NCBI GenBank assembly: GCA_965230295.1 | Contig: OZ246001.1 | Coordinates: forward strand, 1,280,001-1,344,000 | Source: Marinicella sp. | GTDB taxonomy: Bacteria > Pseudomonadota > Gammaproteobacteria > Xanthomonadales > Marinicellaceae | DNA length: 64,000 nucleotides | Reading direction: 5' to 3' | In this document: piece by piece, positions 23,753 through 33,565 of the stretch | Layout: the number at the start of each line of letters is the position of its first letter | How positions within the stretch are numbered: the first letter of the stretch is position 1 | The notes under the pieces: model-generated | Told to the model about the DNA's origin: nothing | What the model saw: the letters and a program-made list of their open reading frames with translations, nothing else | Databases searched by the model: none | Made by a program: the position numbers and the translations under genes

Positions 23753-26257
23753 TCAGGATTCGACGAATTCAGAAATTGATTTGGGCCTGGCCACATCAGA
23801 ATGCAGCTCCCAAAAATATTGGTGTGAATCGTATTGTAGGTAATCCATATCGATGCTCACCATCGAATTGGGGTCAGACACATGAAATTTTGCCGGTGGA
23901 TAATCACCCAATGGTTTGTCTTTGTGGGCTGCTTGACTGGCTCTGGCAGCGAAATAAGCGGTGAAATCATGAGCCAAATCAACCTGTAACGGATAGCTCA
24001 AGGTGTCATCTGGCATACACAGCTGATTAACCTTGAGAATGGTTTCTAATCCCGAATCATCGCTGATGCCATAGGTTTCATCAATGTATTGTCCCACTTG
24101 TTGAAAAAACGTGGTCCAACCACCCGGCATGCTTTTGTCCTGGTTAAAAAACTGCACAGCCCATGAAATTTGCTGGAACCGTTGGGGCTGTTGTTGTACA
24201 AAACGCAGTAAATCCTGTAAAAAATCAACCGCCCTGATGTCATGCTCCCACTGCAGATACCGGATCACATAACGCAACAAGGAGTAACCATCGGCCATGG
24301 TATAGATTTGATACATACCTTTCATCCATTGCAGGTCTTGCTCAGTAAAACTGAATGATGAAATCACAAAGTCCTGGGCATCAACCTTGATTTGGTATTT
24401 TTCGATGTATTCCGGATCAGCCATGGGGCTGTTGGGAAGTAATTGTGTGGGGTAGGCCTTGACTGACACATCCATGTCTATATACCTTTGCAGGTCATTG
24501 TTGAAAGCATCCACAGTGATCCCGGGTAAACCAATCATCAAATCGGTAGACAAAGGTAATTTCAGGTCATAAAACACTTTGGTCAGTTCGTCATATTTCT
24601 CCGTTTTGATGTTTTTGCGGTTGATGACCTCTAAGGTTTTTTCATCGGTGGTTTGGATAGAGATGATGCCTTGACTGATGATGCCACCAGCAGTGAACAC
24701 TTTGATGATTTCAACCAGACGCCAAGTGGAGTTTTTCGTGTAATTAACCACCACTTCTTGCGGATAACCATATTTTTCTTTGGTATCCACAATAAATTGG
24801 GACAATTCGATGTCACGGTCATACAAACCAAAGTTGGCATCGGCGATCCAAATCACCCGTACTTTATTCTTGCCAATCCACTCAATTTCTTCCTTCACCC
24901 GATCCAAATCAAACTTCCTGACTTTTTGATTGGTGGCCGAACCCCAGTCACAAAAGGTACAACCAAAGGGGCAGCCGCGATTGGATTCTATGATGGCTGC
25001 TTCTACCCGTCCAGCATACACATCAAACAGCCCCGACAAATACGGTGATGGCACTTCATCGGGTGCTGCCATGCGGGTCCGTTTGGGGGTGCGGATCAAT
25101 CCGCCCAGGATTTTGTCTCTGAAAGTGATGCCAGTGACTTCAGCCAAAGCATCTTGCTGATAGGTCACCTCGCCTTCACTGCTTTTAACGATTTGCGTAA
25201 AAATTTCAGTGACCGACACTTCACCTTCGCCATGAACCGATATGTCCACAGAAGGGTGTGCTGCCATAAAATCGGCGCTGGCCTGTTGGTATTCTGGCGT
25301 ACTGGGACCTCCGTGAATGGTTAAATTTCTGCCATCATGGCCTTTGATCGCTTGGCTGACCTGGATGTTCACATCCATTGACCACATGTAGTTGGAAAAC
25401 AGCCACACCCCGGTTTTGAATTTTCGGTAAGGACCATTCAACAAGTCATTGGGATTCAAAAAAGTGATGGGTATGAGTTGAAATTTACTTAATAACTCAC
25501 CACCGTTGTGATTCTGCAGGGCGCTGTAAATGATGCCCAGAGCCAGCGGAAAATGATTTTCCATGTGGGGCACAAAATACACAGGAATGCGCCCATCTGG
25601 CTCAATTTGTTGCCAGGTTTTCAAATCTGAGGTGGCTTTGACTTCAGCAAATTGGGTCTGCTCCTCCGCCCCTTGGCCTTGCTGTTTTTGGGGGATTAAA
25701 AAACCGTGTTTAAACAATGTTTGTAACACCGACTCGGCATCATCCTCCAAAATAAAGCCCTTTTCCTGAATGACGTCTTGTTTGGCTTTACCATCAGCAA
25801 ATGCCAACATCATGATGACCCAGGCTGTTGGTATCTTGCGTGGCATCAAATCTATTTTTGAACAGGCAAAAAAACCATCCGGGTGGAATGAAATGGCCGC
25901 ATTGCTGCTGAGACTCAGTGACTCAGGCAAACTGACCTCATTCGCTTCCATCAATTCCAATGGTTGTAACTGCAGCCCTTCGTTCGGTGCGTGAGCGGCG
26001 TTGAATAACCCGGCTTGCTGAAACTGCTGCAGGCGCTGCTGTACACCCTGAATTTGCAAATGCGGCAACCAGGTTTTAATCCATGAATGTTGCAGAAAAC
26101 GCTGACTTGCATCGTCGAACTCTCCGCTATCGAGGAAATACGACAACAACAACACGTCAGGCTCATGCAACGCCAACGGAGGCAGCACGCCTGAAATTTG
26201 CGACACCATTGACTGACCTTTTCGGTTCAATAGCATGAAGTCTTGGTTGAGTTGCAT
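23753..26257 (-). CDS. B12-binding radical SAM enzyme with N-terminal extension
   Basis: ESNRGCPFGCTFC (CxxxCxxC), cobalamin-binding region with HGGP and HGEGE, IADANFG. Confidence 0.88.
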   Translation of the reverse strand: MQLNQDFMLLNRKGQSMVSQISGVLPPLALHEPDVLLLSYFLDSGEFDDASQRFLQHSWIKTWLPHLQIQGVQQRLQQFQQAGLFNAAHAPNEGLQLQPLELMEANEVSLPESLSLSSNAAISFHPDGFFACSKIDLMPRKIPTAWVIMMLAFADGKAKQDVIQEKGFILEDDAESVLQTLFKHGFLIPQKQQGQGAEEQTQFAEVKATSDLKTWQQIEPDGRIPVYFVPHMENHFPLALGIIYSALQNHNGGELLSKFQLIPITFLNPNDLLNGPYRKFKTGVWLFSNYMWSMDVNIQVSQAIKGHDGRNLTIHGGPSTPEYQQASADFMAAHPSVDISVHGEGEVSVTEIFTQIVKSSEGEVTYQQDALAEVTGITFRDKILGGLIRTPKRTRMAAPDEVPSPYLSGLFDVYAGRVEAAIIESNRGCPFGCTFCDWGSATNQKVRKFDLDRVKEEIEWIGKNKVRVIWIADANFGLYDRDIELSQFIVDTKEKYGYPQEVVVNYTKNSTWRLVEIIKVFTAGGIISQGIISIQTTDEKTLEVINRKNIKTEKYDELTKVFYDLKLPLSTDLMIGLPGITVDAFNNDLQRYIDMDVSVKAYPTQLLPNSPMADPEYIEKYQIKVDAQDFVISSFSFTEQDLQWMKGMYQIYTMADGYSLLRYVIRYLQWEHDIRAVDFLQDLLRFVQQQPQRFQQISWAVQFFNQDKSMPGGWTTFFQQVGQYIDETYGISDDSGLETILKVNQLCMPDDTLSYPLQVDLAHDFTAYFAARASQAAHKDKPLGDYPPAKFHVSDPNSMVSIDMDYLQYDSHQYFWELHSDVARPKSISEFVES

Positions 26258-26345
26258 GTGTGTATGGGTTTTAAGTTAGCCACACATTATAGCTAAAAAT
26301 ACCGTCTATGCAGCAATAATCAATGATTGGGATACCTACATTGAC

Positions 26346-26894
26346 TTATTTCAGCAACCCGGAGATCAGTTTGAATTTAGGGTGTTTTGCTGTCTGCATC
26401 AATTCAAACAAGATCATTTCGGTACTGGTCAATTCGGCACCGGCCAGTTGCATGTTGTGCAATGCCAACTTTTTGTTGCTTTTGGCCCTGGATGACACCG
26501 CTTGTTGGTTGACCTTTACCGCAAAACCGGCTGCCAACAAATCCAACACTGTTTGGTAGACACAAACATGGGTTTCTATACCTGTGACGACACACTGTCG
26601 GCTGTTGGTGGACGCCAATTGCGCACTGAAACTCTCACTCCCACATGCACTGAAAGTAATTTTTTCATGGTAATTGGAATCATTCAACAGCGCCTTGATC
26701 TCTGGCTTGGTGGGGCCCAGGCCTTGTGGATACTGTTCAAACCAAAAAACCGGTATTTCGAGTATTTGTGCGGCTTTGATCATGGTAGAGATGTGTTTAA
26801 ACAGTTTTTGTTTTTGGTACATCATCTCCGCCAAGCGGCCTTGTACGTCTATCACCAATAAACAGCTGGTCTCAATTTCAAATCTTGGTTTCAT
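26346..26894 (-). CDS. Isochorismatase-family cysteine hydrolase
   Basis: VIDVQ, EQYPQGLGPT, GIETHVCV. Confidence 0.92.
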   Translation of the reverse strand: MKPRFEIETSCLLVIDVQGRLAEMMYQKQKLFKHISTMIKAAQILEIPVFWFEQYPQGLGPTKPEIKALLNDSNYHEKITFSACGSESFSAQLASTNSRQCVVTGIETHVCVYQTVLDLLAAGFAVKVNQQAVSSRAKSNKKLALHNMQLAGAELTSTEMILFELMQTAKHPKFKLISGLLK

Positions 26895-26903
26895 GGGCCT
26901 ATT

Positions 26904-27440
26904 TTAGGCATCATCCAATATTTGCTGCAAGGCCTTCCTGATCTCGACCGCCCAATAAGGCGCCAGCCGCACACTTTTGGCGCCATGTGATGCGCCTTGT
27001 TTGACCAAATGTTTGGTTTTCACTGATCGCAAGTCAAACACCTGTTGACCTGCCTGATCAAAAATCAACACGGCAGGTGTGCCATACACTTCATACAACT
27101 TAGCCACTGATTCTGCTTGAGGAAACAATAAAAAGTTTAAGCCGTTTTTTCTTAAGTATTCAGCAGGCTCACCATCTTCATTGATGTTCAAAGCATACAC
27201 CTTTAAATTTAATTCTTGTTGGTATTGAATCAAAGCACTTTGTACATGTGGCATCAGCTGTTTGCAGTATGGACACCAGGTCGCCCAAAAAAACAACACG
27301 GTAACCTGTTTGTTATCAATGGCTTGTTGTGGAAATTCATGGTTCTGGTTGTCTATATCAGTCAATGACCAGATAGGCTCCGACTTGGCTTGAGTCAAGC
27401 AAGATAAGCAGAGCAATACCAATAAGTGAATTTTTTTCAT
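26904..27440 (-). CDS. TlpA-like periplasmic thioredoxin
   Basis: Signal peptide, FWATWCPYC, GTP cis-Pro loop. Confidence 0.88.
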   Translation of the reverse strand: MKKIHLLVLLCLSCLTQAKSEPIWSLTDIDNQNHEFPQQAIDNKQVTVLFFWATWCPYCKQLMPHVQSALIQYQQELNLKVYALNINEDGEPAEYLRKNGLNFLLFPQAESVAKLYEVYGTPAVLIFDQAGQQVFDLRSVKTKHLVKQGASHGAKSVRLAPYWAVEIRKALQQILDDA

Positions 27441-27501
27441 GAGACACGTCAGATAAAGAAGTCTTCAAAAGACCCCAACCACAAAAATCCATTGCAGTTT
27501 T

Positions 27502-28368
27502 TTAGTCGGCTTGGCCGATGATGGTGTTGATTTGTCTGACCCAGGCATTACCAGCCAATTCTGATGGCAAGTTGCTCCTTTGACTCAATGCTTGTTCACG
27601 ACTGTCATACAAACCTGACAAAACCACCCACCAATCGGCACCATTGACTTGGGTTTTGACGACCGCATAGGGACCCTTATCAAGGCCCTGGTCAATGATG
27701 AATTGGTTCAAATGATGGCGGTTAGAGGTTCCCACCACCTGGAATGACCATTGATTGGGGTTATTGCGTTGCCATTCACTGAAATTATTACTTGTTGACG
27801 GTCTAAATTCAGCTGGCTGTTGAGGTTGTTCTTGTTGCTCTGCAATGGTTTCGTCAACCACAGGATCAGGTAAAGCATTGGTATCTGTCTCTGTGACAAC
27901 ACCTTTTACGCTTGATTGCTCACTTGGGGAATTAACAACGGCAGCAGGTTCTGCTGGTTGTGGTGATGCCTGTTCAGTCTGTACAACATCTTCTCGAGGT
28001 GTGAAGTCCCTGATGGAGGCCGCTAATGAGTTGAGATCTCTTACAGGTTGTGCAGGTGACTCCTGAACTTGTTGATTTAAATTGTTGCTGCTGTCTAAGG
28101 GCCTGATGTCGACATCACTTTGAGTCAAGTCAGAACTTTTTACGGATGACTGCTCAGCCAATCGCATGGCTTTCTCATGGGCTTTTTCTTTTTCATCCGC
28201 TGGTGCACAGACCCACTTGTTCTTGGCAGCATAACAAATTATTTCAGTTTCAGCTGGTGGTTTTTCATCATCAACATCCTCACCATTTTGTGCCACAGCC
28301 CATGGCGAAGACATCAGTAAAACCATCATCAATGGATTGCTTACCTTTGGCCGCTTATCTCCTGTCAT
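27502..28368 (-). CDS. SPOR-domain protein (DamX-like position)
   Basis: Low-complexity linker, C-terminal SPOR (WWVVLSGLYDSREQA...WVR), downstream of aroB. Confidence 0.8.
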   Translation of the reverse strand: MTGDKRPKVSNPLMMVLLMSSPWAVAQNGEDVDDEKPPAETEIICYAAKNKWVCAPADEKEKAHEKAMRLAEQSSVKSSDLTQSDVDIRPLDSSNNLNQQVQESPAQPVRDLNSLAASIRDFTPREDVVQTEQASPQPAEPAAVVNSPSEQSSVKGVVTETDTNALPDPVVDETIAEQQEQPQQPAEFRPSTSNNFSEWQRNNPNQWSFQVVGTSNRHHLNQFIIDQGLDKGPYAVVKTQVNGADWWVVLSGLYDSREQALSQRSNLPSELAGNAWVRQINTIIGQAD

Positions 28369-29465
28369 CTGTAATTCTTACCCGTTAAAAGACAAGATTG
28401 TATGGCACTCACGATGTCAGAATCTTTGATGCCCTCTGCAATAAATGCAGCCCCCAGTCCTCTCATCAGAATCAGTCTGTGTTGGTCATTGATTACTTTT
28501 TTATCTGATTTCATCAAATTCAATAAGTGCTCTGCAGTGATTTCTGAACCCAGCATAATCGGCAAGTCATAGGCTTGCAACAAGTTTTCCAGCATTTTTC
28601 GTATATCGTGACTGCCGTGACCCAATTGAGCCGATAATTCAGCAGCCATCACCATACCCAAAGCCACTGCTTCGCCATGTAGGTAGTGGTAATTGGTTGC
28701 CGTTTCGATGGCATGACCAAATGTATGTCCCAGATTCAATAAGGCCCTGACACCCTGTTCTTTTTCATCTTTCTCTACAATGTCCGCTTTGAATTGGCAA
28801 CATTGAGCAATCAACTGCAACAAAACAGCTGGGTCCTGGGCTTTGATCGCAACAACCTGATCTGTCAGCCAGTGAAAGAAATCTACTTGATCAATGCCAC
28901 CATATTTGATCGCCTCACCAATACCTGCATTGAATTCTCGGGCCGGTAAGGTCTTGAGGGTGTTGACATTGATGATGACTGCTTGCGGCTGATGAAAAGC
29001 GCCAATCAGGTTTTTACCTTGAGGGTGGTTGATTCCTGTTTTACCACCGACAGAAGCATCAATCTGTGACAACAAAGTGGTCGGCATTTGGATAAACTCA
29101 ATGCCACGCATCCAACTGGCAGCAGCAAAACCTGTCATGTCACAAATCACCCCGCCACCCAAAGATACCAACAAATCCGAGCGGTTGAATTGGTGTTTTG
29201 CCAAAGTATTGAGGATGGTCTGCCAACTGTCTACATTCTTATGGGCTTCTCCATCGGCCAACACACAACTGAACACAGGTTGGTTGTTAAACAGCTGTTC
29301 TACTTCAGCCAGATACAATGGCGCCACTGTTTCATTGGTCACAATCAATACTTTGCGATTTTTGGTCAGCGCAGCAACTGTATCCAAAGCAAATTGATCT
29401 GGATGAATGATGATGGGATAACTGCCTCCTGGCAGCGAAATGTTAACTTGCGTCATTTCAGTCAT
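28365..29465 (-). CDS. aroB: 3-dehydroquinate synthase
   Basis: GGGVICD, DASVGGKTG, LNLGHTFGHAIE. Confidence 0.97.
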   Translation of the reverse strand: MTEMTQVNISLPGGSYPIIIHPDQFALDTVAALTKNRKVLIVTNETVAPLYLAEVEQLFNNQPVFSCVLADGEAHKNVDSWQTILNTLAKHQFNRSDLLVSLGGGVICDMTGFAAASWMRGIEFIQMPTTLLSQIDASVGGKTGINHPQGKNLIGAFHQPQAVIINVNTLKTLPAREFNAGIGEAIKYGGIDQVDFFHWLTDQVVAIKAQDPAVLLQLIAQCCQFKADIVEKDEKEQGVRALLNLGHTFGHAIETATNYHYLHGEAVALGMVMAAELSAQLGHGSHDIRKMLENLLQAYDLPIMLGSEITAEHLLNLMKSDKKVINDQHRLILMRGLGAAFIAEGIKDSDIVSAIQSCLLTGKNYR

Positions 29466-30022
29466 GAGTTTCTTTTGTTTTTTTTCTGCTTGGGTTGGGT
29501 CAAATAGATGGCGATTTTTTTGGCCATGCCATATGAACTGGTGCGACCACTGGAAAAAGACACATCAGCGACTGACTCATACAGTGGATTGCGAACACGG
29601 GCTAAATTCAGTAAGCGTTCTCGCCGCCCAGTTCCTTGAAGCAAAGGTCTTTGTTTGTCACGCTTGAGCCTTTTCAATTGGTGTTTAACTTCGGTTTTGA
29701 GGTAAATCACTAAACTTTCAGTGTCTTGTAAAATTTTGCGATTTTCGTCAGTCACTACGATGCCACCTCCGGTGGCAATCACACAATTGTTACGCTCCAA
29801 CAACTCTGCCAACATGGCGGTTTCCCGAGCCCTGAAACCCGCTTCTTGTTCTATTTCGAAAATCAGATTGATCGACACACCAGTGCGACTTTCTAACTCA
29901 TGATCAACATCTACAAAGGTCTTACCTAACAAGTAGGCCATTTGTTTTCCCACCGTGGTTTTGCCGGCACCCATGGGGCCAACCAATACGATGTTGTCTG
30001 ATTTTTTGTTAACCGAGCTCAT
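29462..30022 (-). CDS. aroK: Shikimate kinase
   Basis: GPMGAGKTT, ATGGG, RPLL, RNPLY. Confidence 0.96.
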   Translation of the reverse strand: MSSVNKKSDNIVLVGPMGAGKTTVGKQMAYLLGKTFVDVDHELESRTGVSINLIFEIEQEAGFRARETAMLAELLERNNCVIATGGGIVVTDENRKILQDTESLVIYLKTEVKHQLKRLKRDKQRPLLQGTGRRERLLNLARVRNPLYESVADVSFSSGRTSSYGMAKKIAIYLTQPKQKKNKRNS

Positions 30023-30080
30023 GCTACAGCATTCTATCATGATGCATGTTTATGCCAGATAAATATCTCTCAACACAAAC

Positions 30081-31334
30081 TTACAATTGCTTCGATTTAC
30101 TTGTCACTCGATCTGAAAAGACCCAGCCATCTAAGACATTCTCAGGCTTATCTTGCGATGCTGCGTAAGTCAATTCGACCACCCGTGCTTTGGCACCTTT
30201 CTCTATTCCGGCCAGGCGAACACCACTGGCTTGGTTACCACCTTTGATGGCTTGTAACCATAGCCAGGTACCCACATGTGGATGTTCAGGAGTACAACAC
30301 ACATTGCGCTGTTGGTGCTTTAGCCTTTGGCTGTATTCCAACATTTTCAGTTCTTGTTGAGGTTTGATTTCGGCATGACTGTCAGAACCTATGGCCCAAT
30401 TGCCATTCAGTCCCATATATGCAGGCATGGGAAAAATGCCATCACCCAAGTTGGCTTCAGTTAATGGACATATCACCACCACGGCACCGCTGTTGGCAAT
30501 CAACTCAACCTCACGATCATTCAGGTGGGTGGCATGTACCAGACTCCAGCGTTGGTCTACCTTGAAGTGTTGGTACAACCACTCAACCGGCCTGAGCCCA
30601 TGAAATGCCAATGATTGATCAATTTCAGCCTGTTGTTCAGCAATGTGTAAATGAATGGGCACATCATCAGGTAAAGCATCAATCACGGCCTGCATTTGTT
30701 GCTGATTAACCGCTCTGATGGAATGAAAGCAGATGCCCAGGTTTTGATCTTCACCCAATTGAGTCGCTAAATGATTGAACAGGCTGACATATTCATCAAC
30801 AGACAGTTCAAAGCGTTTTTGTAGTGGATTCAATGGCTGATCACCAACCGCAGAGAATGCATATAGCACCGGCAATAAGGTGATGGGCAAACCAACCTCA
30901 GCCGCGGCTTTTAACAACAATTCTGAATGGCTGATGAAGTCATTCGGGTTGTCTTTACTGCGATGAACATAATGGAACTCACAGACCGAAGCATAGCCGG
31001 CATCAAGCATCTCCTGATAACAGTTTTTCGCCACTTGATACAAACTTTCATGATCCATTTCATTGGCCAACTGGTACATCAGTTCACGCCAAGACCAAAA
31101 ACTGTCTTGACTCTGTTGGCTCTTGTATTCGCTGTGTCCAGCCATGGCCCTTTGAAACACATGTGAATGGACATTGGGCATGGCAGGCATGACCACGCCC
31201 AGCTGAGTGTCCTGTGCCTGGCTTTTGGTGTCACATTCAATGGTGACAAAACAACCCTGTTCTACAACGACCCGAACATTGGTTTGCCAGCCATCAGGTA
31301 ATAAAGCTGATTTGAAAAAATAACTGTTCATCAA
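30081..31334 (-). CDS. hutF: Formimidoylglutamate deiminase
   Basis: HSHVFQRAMAG, FWSWR, CEFHYVH, TEANLGDG. Confidence 0.93.
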   Translation of the reverse strand: MMNSYFFKSALLPDGWQTNVRVVVEQGCFVTIECDTKSQAQDTQLGVVMPAMPNVHSHVFQRAMAGHSEYKSQQSQDSFWSWRELMYQLANEMDHESLYQVAKNCYQEMLDAGYASVCEFHYVHRSKDNPNDFISHSELLLKAAAEVGLPITLLPVLYAFSAVGDQPLNPLQKRFELSVDEYVSLFNHLATQLGEDQNLGICFHSIRAVNQQQMQAVIDALPDDVPIHLHIAEQQAEIDQSLAFHGLRPVEWLYQHFKVDQRWSLVHATHLNDREVELIANSGAVVVICPLTEANLGDGIFPMPAYMGLNGNWAIGSDSHAEIKPQQELKMLEYSQRLKHQQRNVCCTPEHPHVGTWLWLQAIKGGNQASGVRLAGIEKGAKARVVELTYAASQDKPENVLDGWVFSDRVTSKSKQL

Positions 31335-31394
31335 GGACTAATTTTTAGATAATGACTCAAACCAGAACTGTAGGCCAATCGGCCTGTGAACACA

Positions 31395-32600
31395 ATGAAA
31401 AAAAACTGTGATTTACTGATTCACCATGCCCGACTCATCACCTGCGCTGATAATGGCCGCCCTTTTGGCCTGATAGAAGATGCCACGGTGGCCTGTGAGG
31501 GTGGTCGGATCATCGAAATGGGCCCCACTTCACAGCTTACAGGATACAGCAGCGCGCAAGAAATTGACGCCAGTGGCCAGGTGGTCACCCCTGGTTTGAT
31601 TGATTGTCACACCCACTTGGTGTTTGGCGGTTCCAGAGCCAATGAATTTGCCATGCGCTTGACTGGCGCCAGTTATGAGGACATTGCCCGGGCCGGTGGT
31701 GGCATCCTATCCACGGTAAAAGCCACCCGGGCGGCGCATTTGGAATCCCTGATTGAAGACACGGTCGAGCGGCTAGAGCACCTGAAATCTCAAGGTGTCA
31801 TGACGGTTGAAATCAAATCGGGTTATGGCTTGGATTTTGACAATGAGCTAAAAATGCTGGCAGCAGCCAAAGCAGCTGGTGAACAAACGGGTATTACCGT
31901 CAAAACCACTTTGCTGGCTGCCCATGCATTACCTCCCGAATATGCCAATGATGCTGATGGATACATCGACATGATTTGCCAAAAGATCATCCCTCATGTG
32001 GCAAAAAACCAACTGGCCGATGCGGTCGATGCTTTTTGTGAAGGCATCGGATTCTCGCATGCACAAACTGACCGGGTGTTTGCAGCTGCAGCCCGCTGGG
32101 GATTGCCGGTGAAATTACATGCAGATCAACTCAGCGACTTGGGCGGAGCTGGTTTGGTGGCCGATTATGGCGGTCTGTCTGCAGACCATGTTGAATACAC
32201 CTCAATCAACAGCATCCGAAAAATGGCGGGCAATGGCACCGTAGCGACACTGTTACCCTATGCCTTTTATGCCCTGAATGAAACCCAAAAACCACCCATT
32301 GAAGCGTTCAGAAAACACGGCGTTGATATGGCCATTGCCACCGATTGCAACCCAGGTACAGCCCCCACCACCAACTTGCTGCAATGCCTGCACATGGGCT
32401 GTACCTTATTTGGCCTAACCGTTGAAGAGGCCATTTTGGGCGTCACCATCAACGCCGCCAAAGCGCTTGGCATTGACGATGACAAAGGCTCTATCGAAGT
32501 GGGTAAAGTCGCCGAAATGGTACTGTGGGACACCACCGAAATGGCTGATTTGGTGTATTGGCAAGGGGCCAATCGGGTTAAGCAGTTGATTAAAAACTAA
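31395..32600 (+). CDS. hutI: Imidazolonepropionase
   Basis: DCHTH, GGGILSTV, EIKSGYG, DCNPGT. Confidence 0.96.
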   Translation: MKKNCDLLIHHARLITCADNGRPFGLIEDATVACEGGRIIEMGPTSQLTGYSSAQEIDASGQVVTPGLIDCHTHLVFGGSRANEFAMRLTGASYEDIARAGGGILSTVKATRAAHLESLIEDTVERLEHLKSQGVMTVEIKSGYGLDFDNELKMLAAAKAAGEQTGITVKTTLLAAHALPPEYANDADGYIDMICQKIIPHVAKNQLADAVDAFCEGIGFSHAQTDRVFAAAARWGLPVKLHADQLSDLGGAGLVADYGGLSADHVEYTSINSIRKMAGNGTVATLLPYAFYALNETQKPPIEAFRKHGVDMAIATDCNPGTAPTTNLLQCLHMGCTLFGLTVEEAILGVTINAAKALGIDDDKGSIEVGKVAEMVLWDTTEMADLVYWQGANRVKQLIKN

Positions 32601-32604
32601 CCAT

Positions 32605-32657
32605 CGTCCACTTCGACTCCCGCCTGTGCTGAGCCTGCCGAAGTGCTCAGTGAACGG
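32605..32657. repeat. Nested REP-like palindrome
   Basis: CACTTCGACTCC..GCTCAGTGAACG interrupted by CGCCTGTGCTGAGCCTGCCGAAGT; relatives at 36111..36193. Confidence 0.75.
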
Positions 32658-32740
32658 ATGATTGTTCTGTAAGTGAATCACAACCAAAGATATTCGTGTA
32701 AGGATCGAAATCAGGTGGAATGATGGTTACGCTTGGCCAC

Positions 32741-32924
32741 ATCGTGGACTGAAGCCCATGCTCTGAACAACCCTGGAGCGCCGACTTCAGTCGGCGTTGG
32801 ATTCGGTTTGAACTGCAACAACACCCAACCGCTCAATGGTCTAATTCAACAAATGGCATCCTATCATCTCATGATGGCTGCGGCTTGTCGCCTGACCATG
32901 TCGTGGACCGAAGTCCACGCTCCA
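32741..32924. repeat. Three GGAG-type REP palindromes in alternating orientation
   Basis: 32741..32765, 32774..32796 (TGGAGCGCCGACTTCAGTCGGCG) and 32901..32924. Confidence 0.7.
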
Positions 32925-33016
32925 ATGAGTGATGACTGTTCTGCTGGCGATGCGGAAACAAAGTATGGCCCCACATGGACGTGGGAAATACTGAAATCTG
33001 TCAGAAACAAATTCAG

Positions 33017-33524
33017 TGAAGTCCCAAGACCATTCCCATACGAATTCCTGGTTGGTCAGCGTAGCTGATCAGAAGGAATCTCATTCAATGCCATGGCTGA
33101 TGTGGTCGCTTTCATTTTTTTCTTTAGAACAAAATGAATGAAGACCCAAGACCATTCCCATATGAATTCCTGGTTGGTCAGCGTAGCTGATCAGAGGGAA
33201 TCTCATTCAATGCCATGGCTGATGTGGTCGCTTTCATTTTTTTCTTTAGAACAAAATGAATGAAGACCCAAGACCATTCCCATATGAATTCCTGGTTGGT
33301 CAGCGTAGCTGATCAGAGGGAATCTCATTCAATGCCATGGCTGATGTGGTCGCTTTCATTTTTTTCTTTAGAACAAAATGAATGAAGTCCCAAGACCATT
33401 CCCATACGAATTCCTGGTTGGTCAGCGTAGCTGATCAGAAGGAATCTCATTCAATGCCATGGCTGATGTGGTCGCTTTCATTTTTTTCTTTAGAACAAAA
33501 TGAATGAAGACCCAAAGCCATTCC
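33017..33524. repeat. Tandem repeat, 4 x 122 bp plus a partial fifth copy
   Basis: Units start at 33017, 33139, 33261, 33383 and 33505; three variable positions. Confidence 0.97.
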
Positions 33525-33565
33525 TATATAATCGTCGGGTTAAATAAAAATAAAGAGGGTCGTTC

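Noticed and set aside
32733-33068. 111-aa ORF
   Set aside because: It is translated through REP palindromes and the first repeat unit, with a TTG start and no recognisable motif.
23753-33507. Darobactin-like cluster linking the radical SAM enzyme and the repeat peptide
   Set aside because: The enzyme is B12-type rather than SPASM/DarE-type, it lies about 7 kb away across housekeeping genes, and the Trp spacing differs from WNWSKSF.
33017-33524. CRISPR array
   Set aside because: Units are near-identical over the full 122 bp, with no unique spacers and no cas genes.
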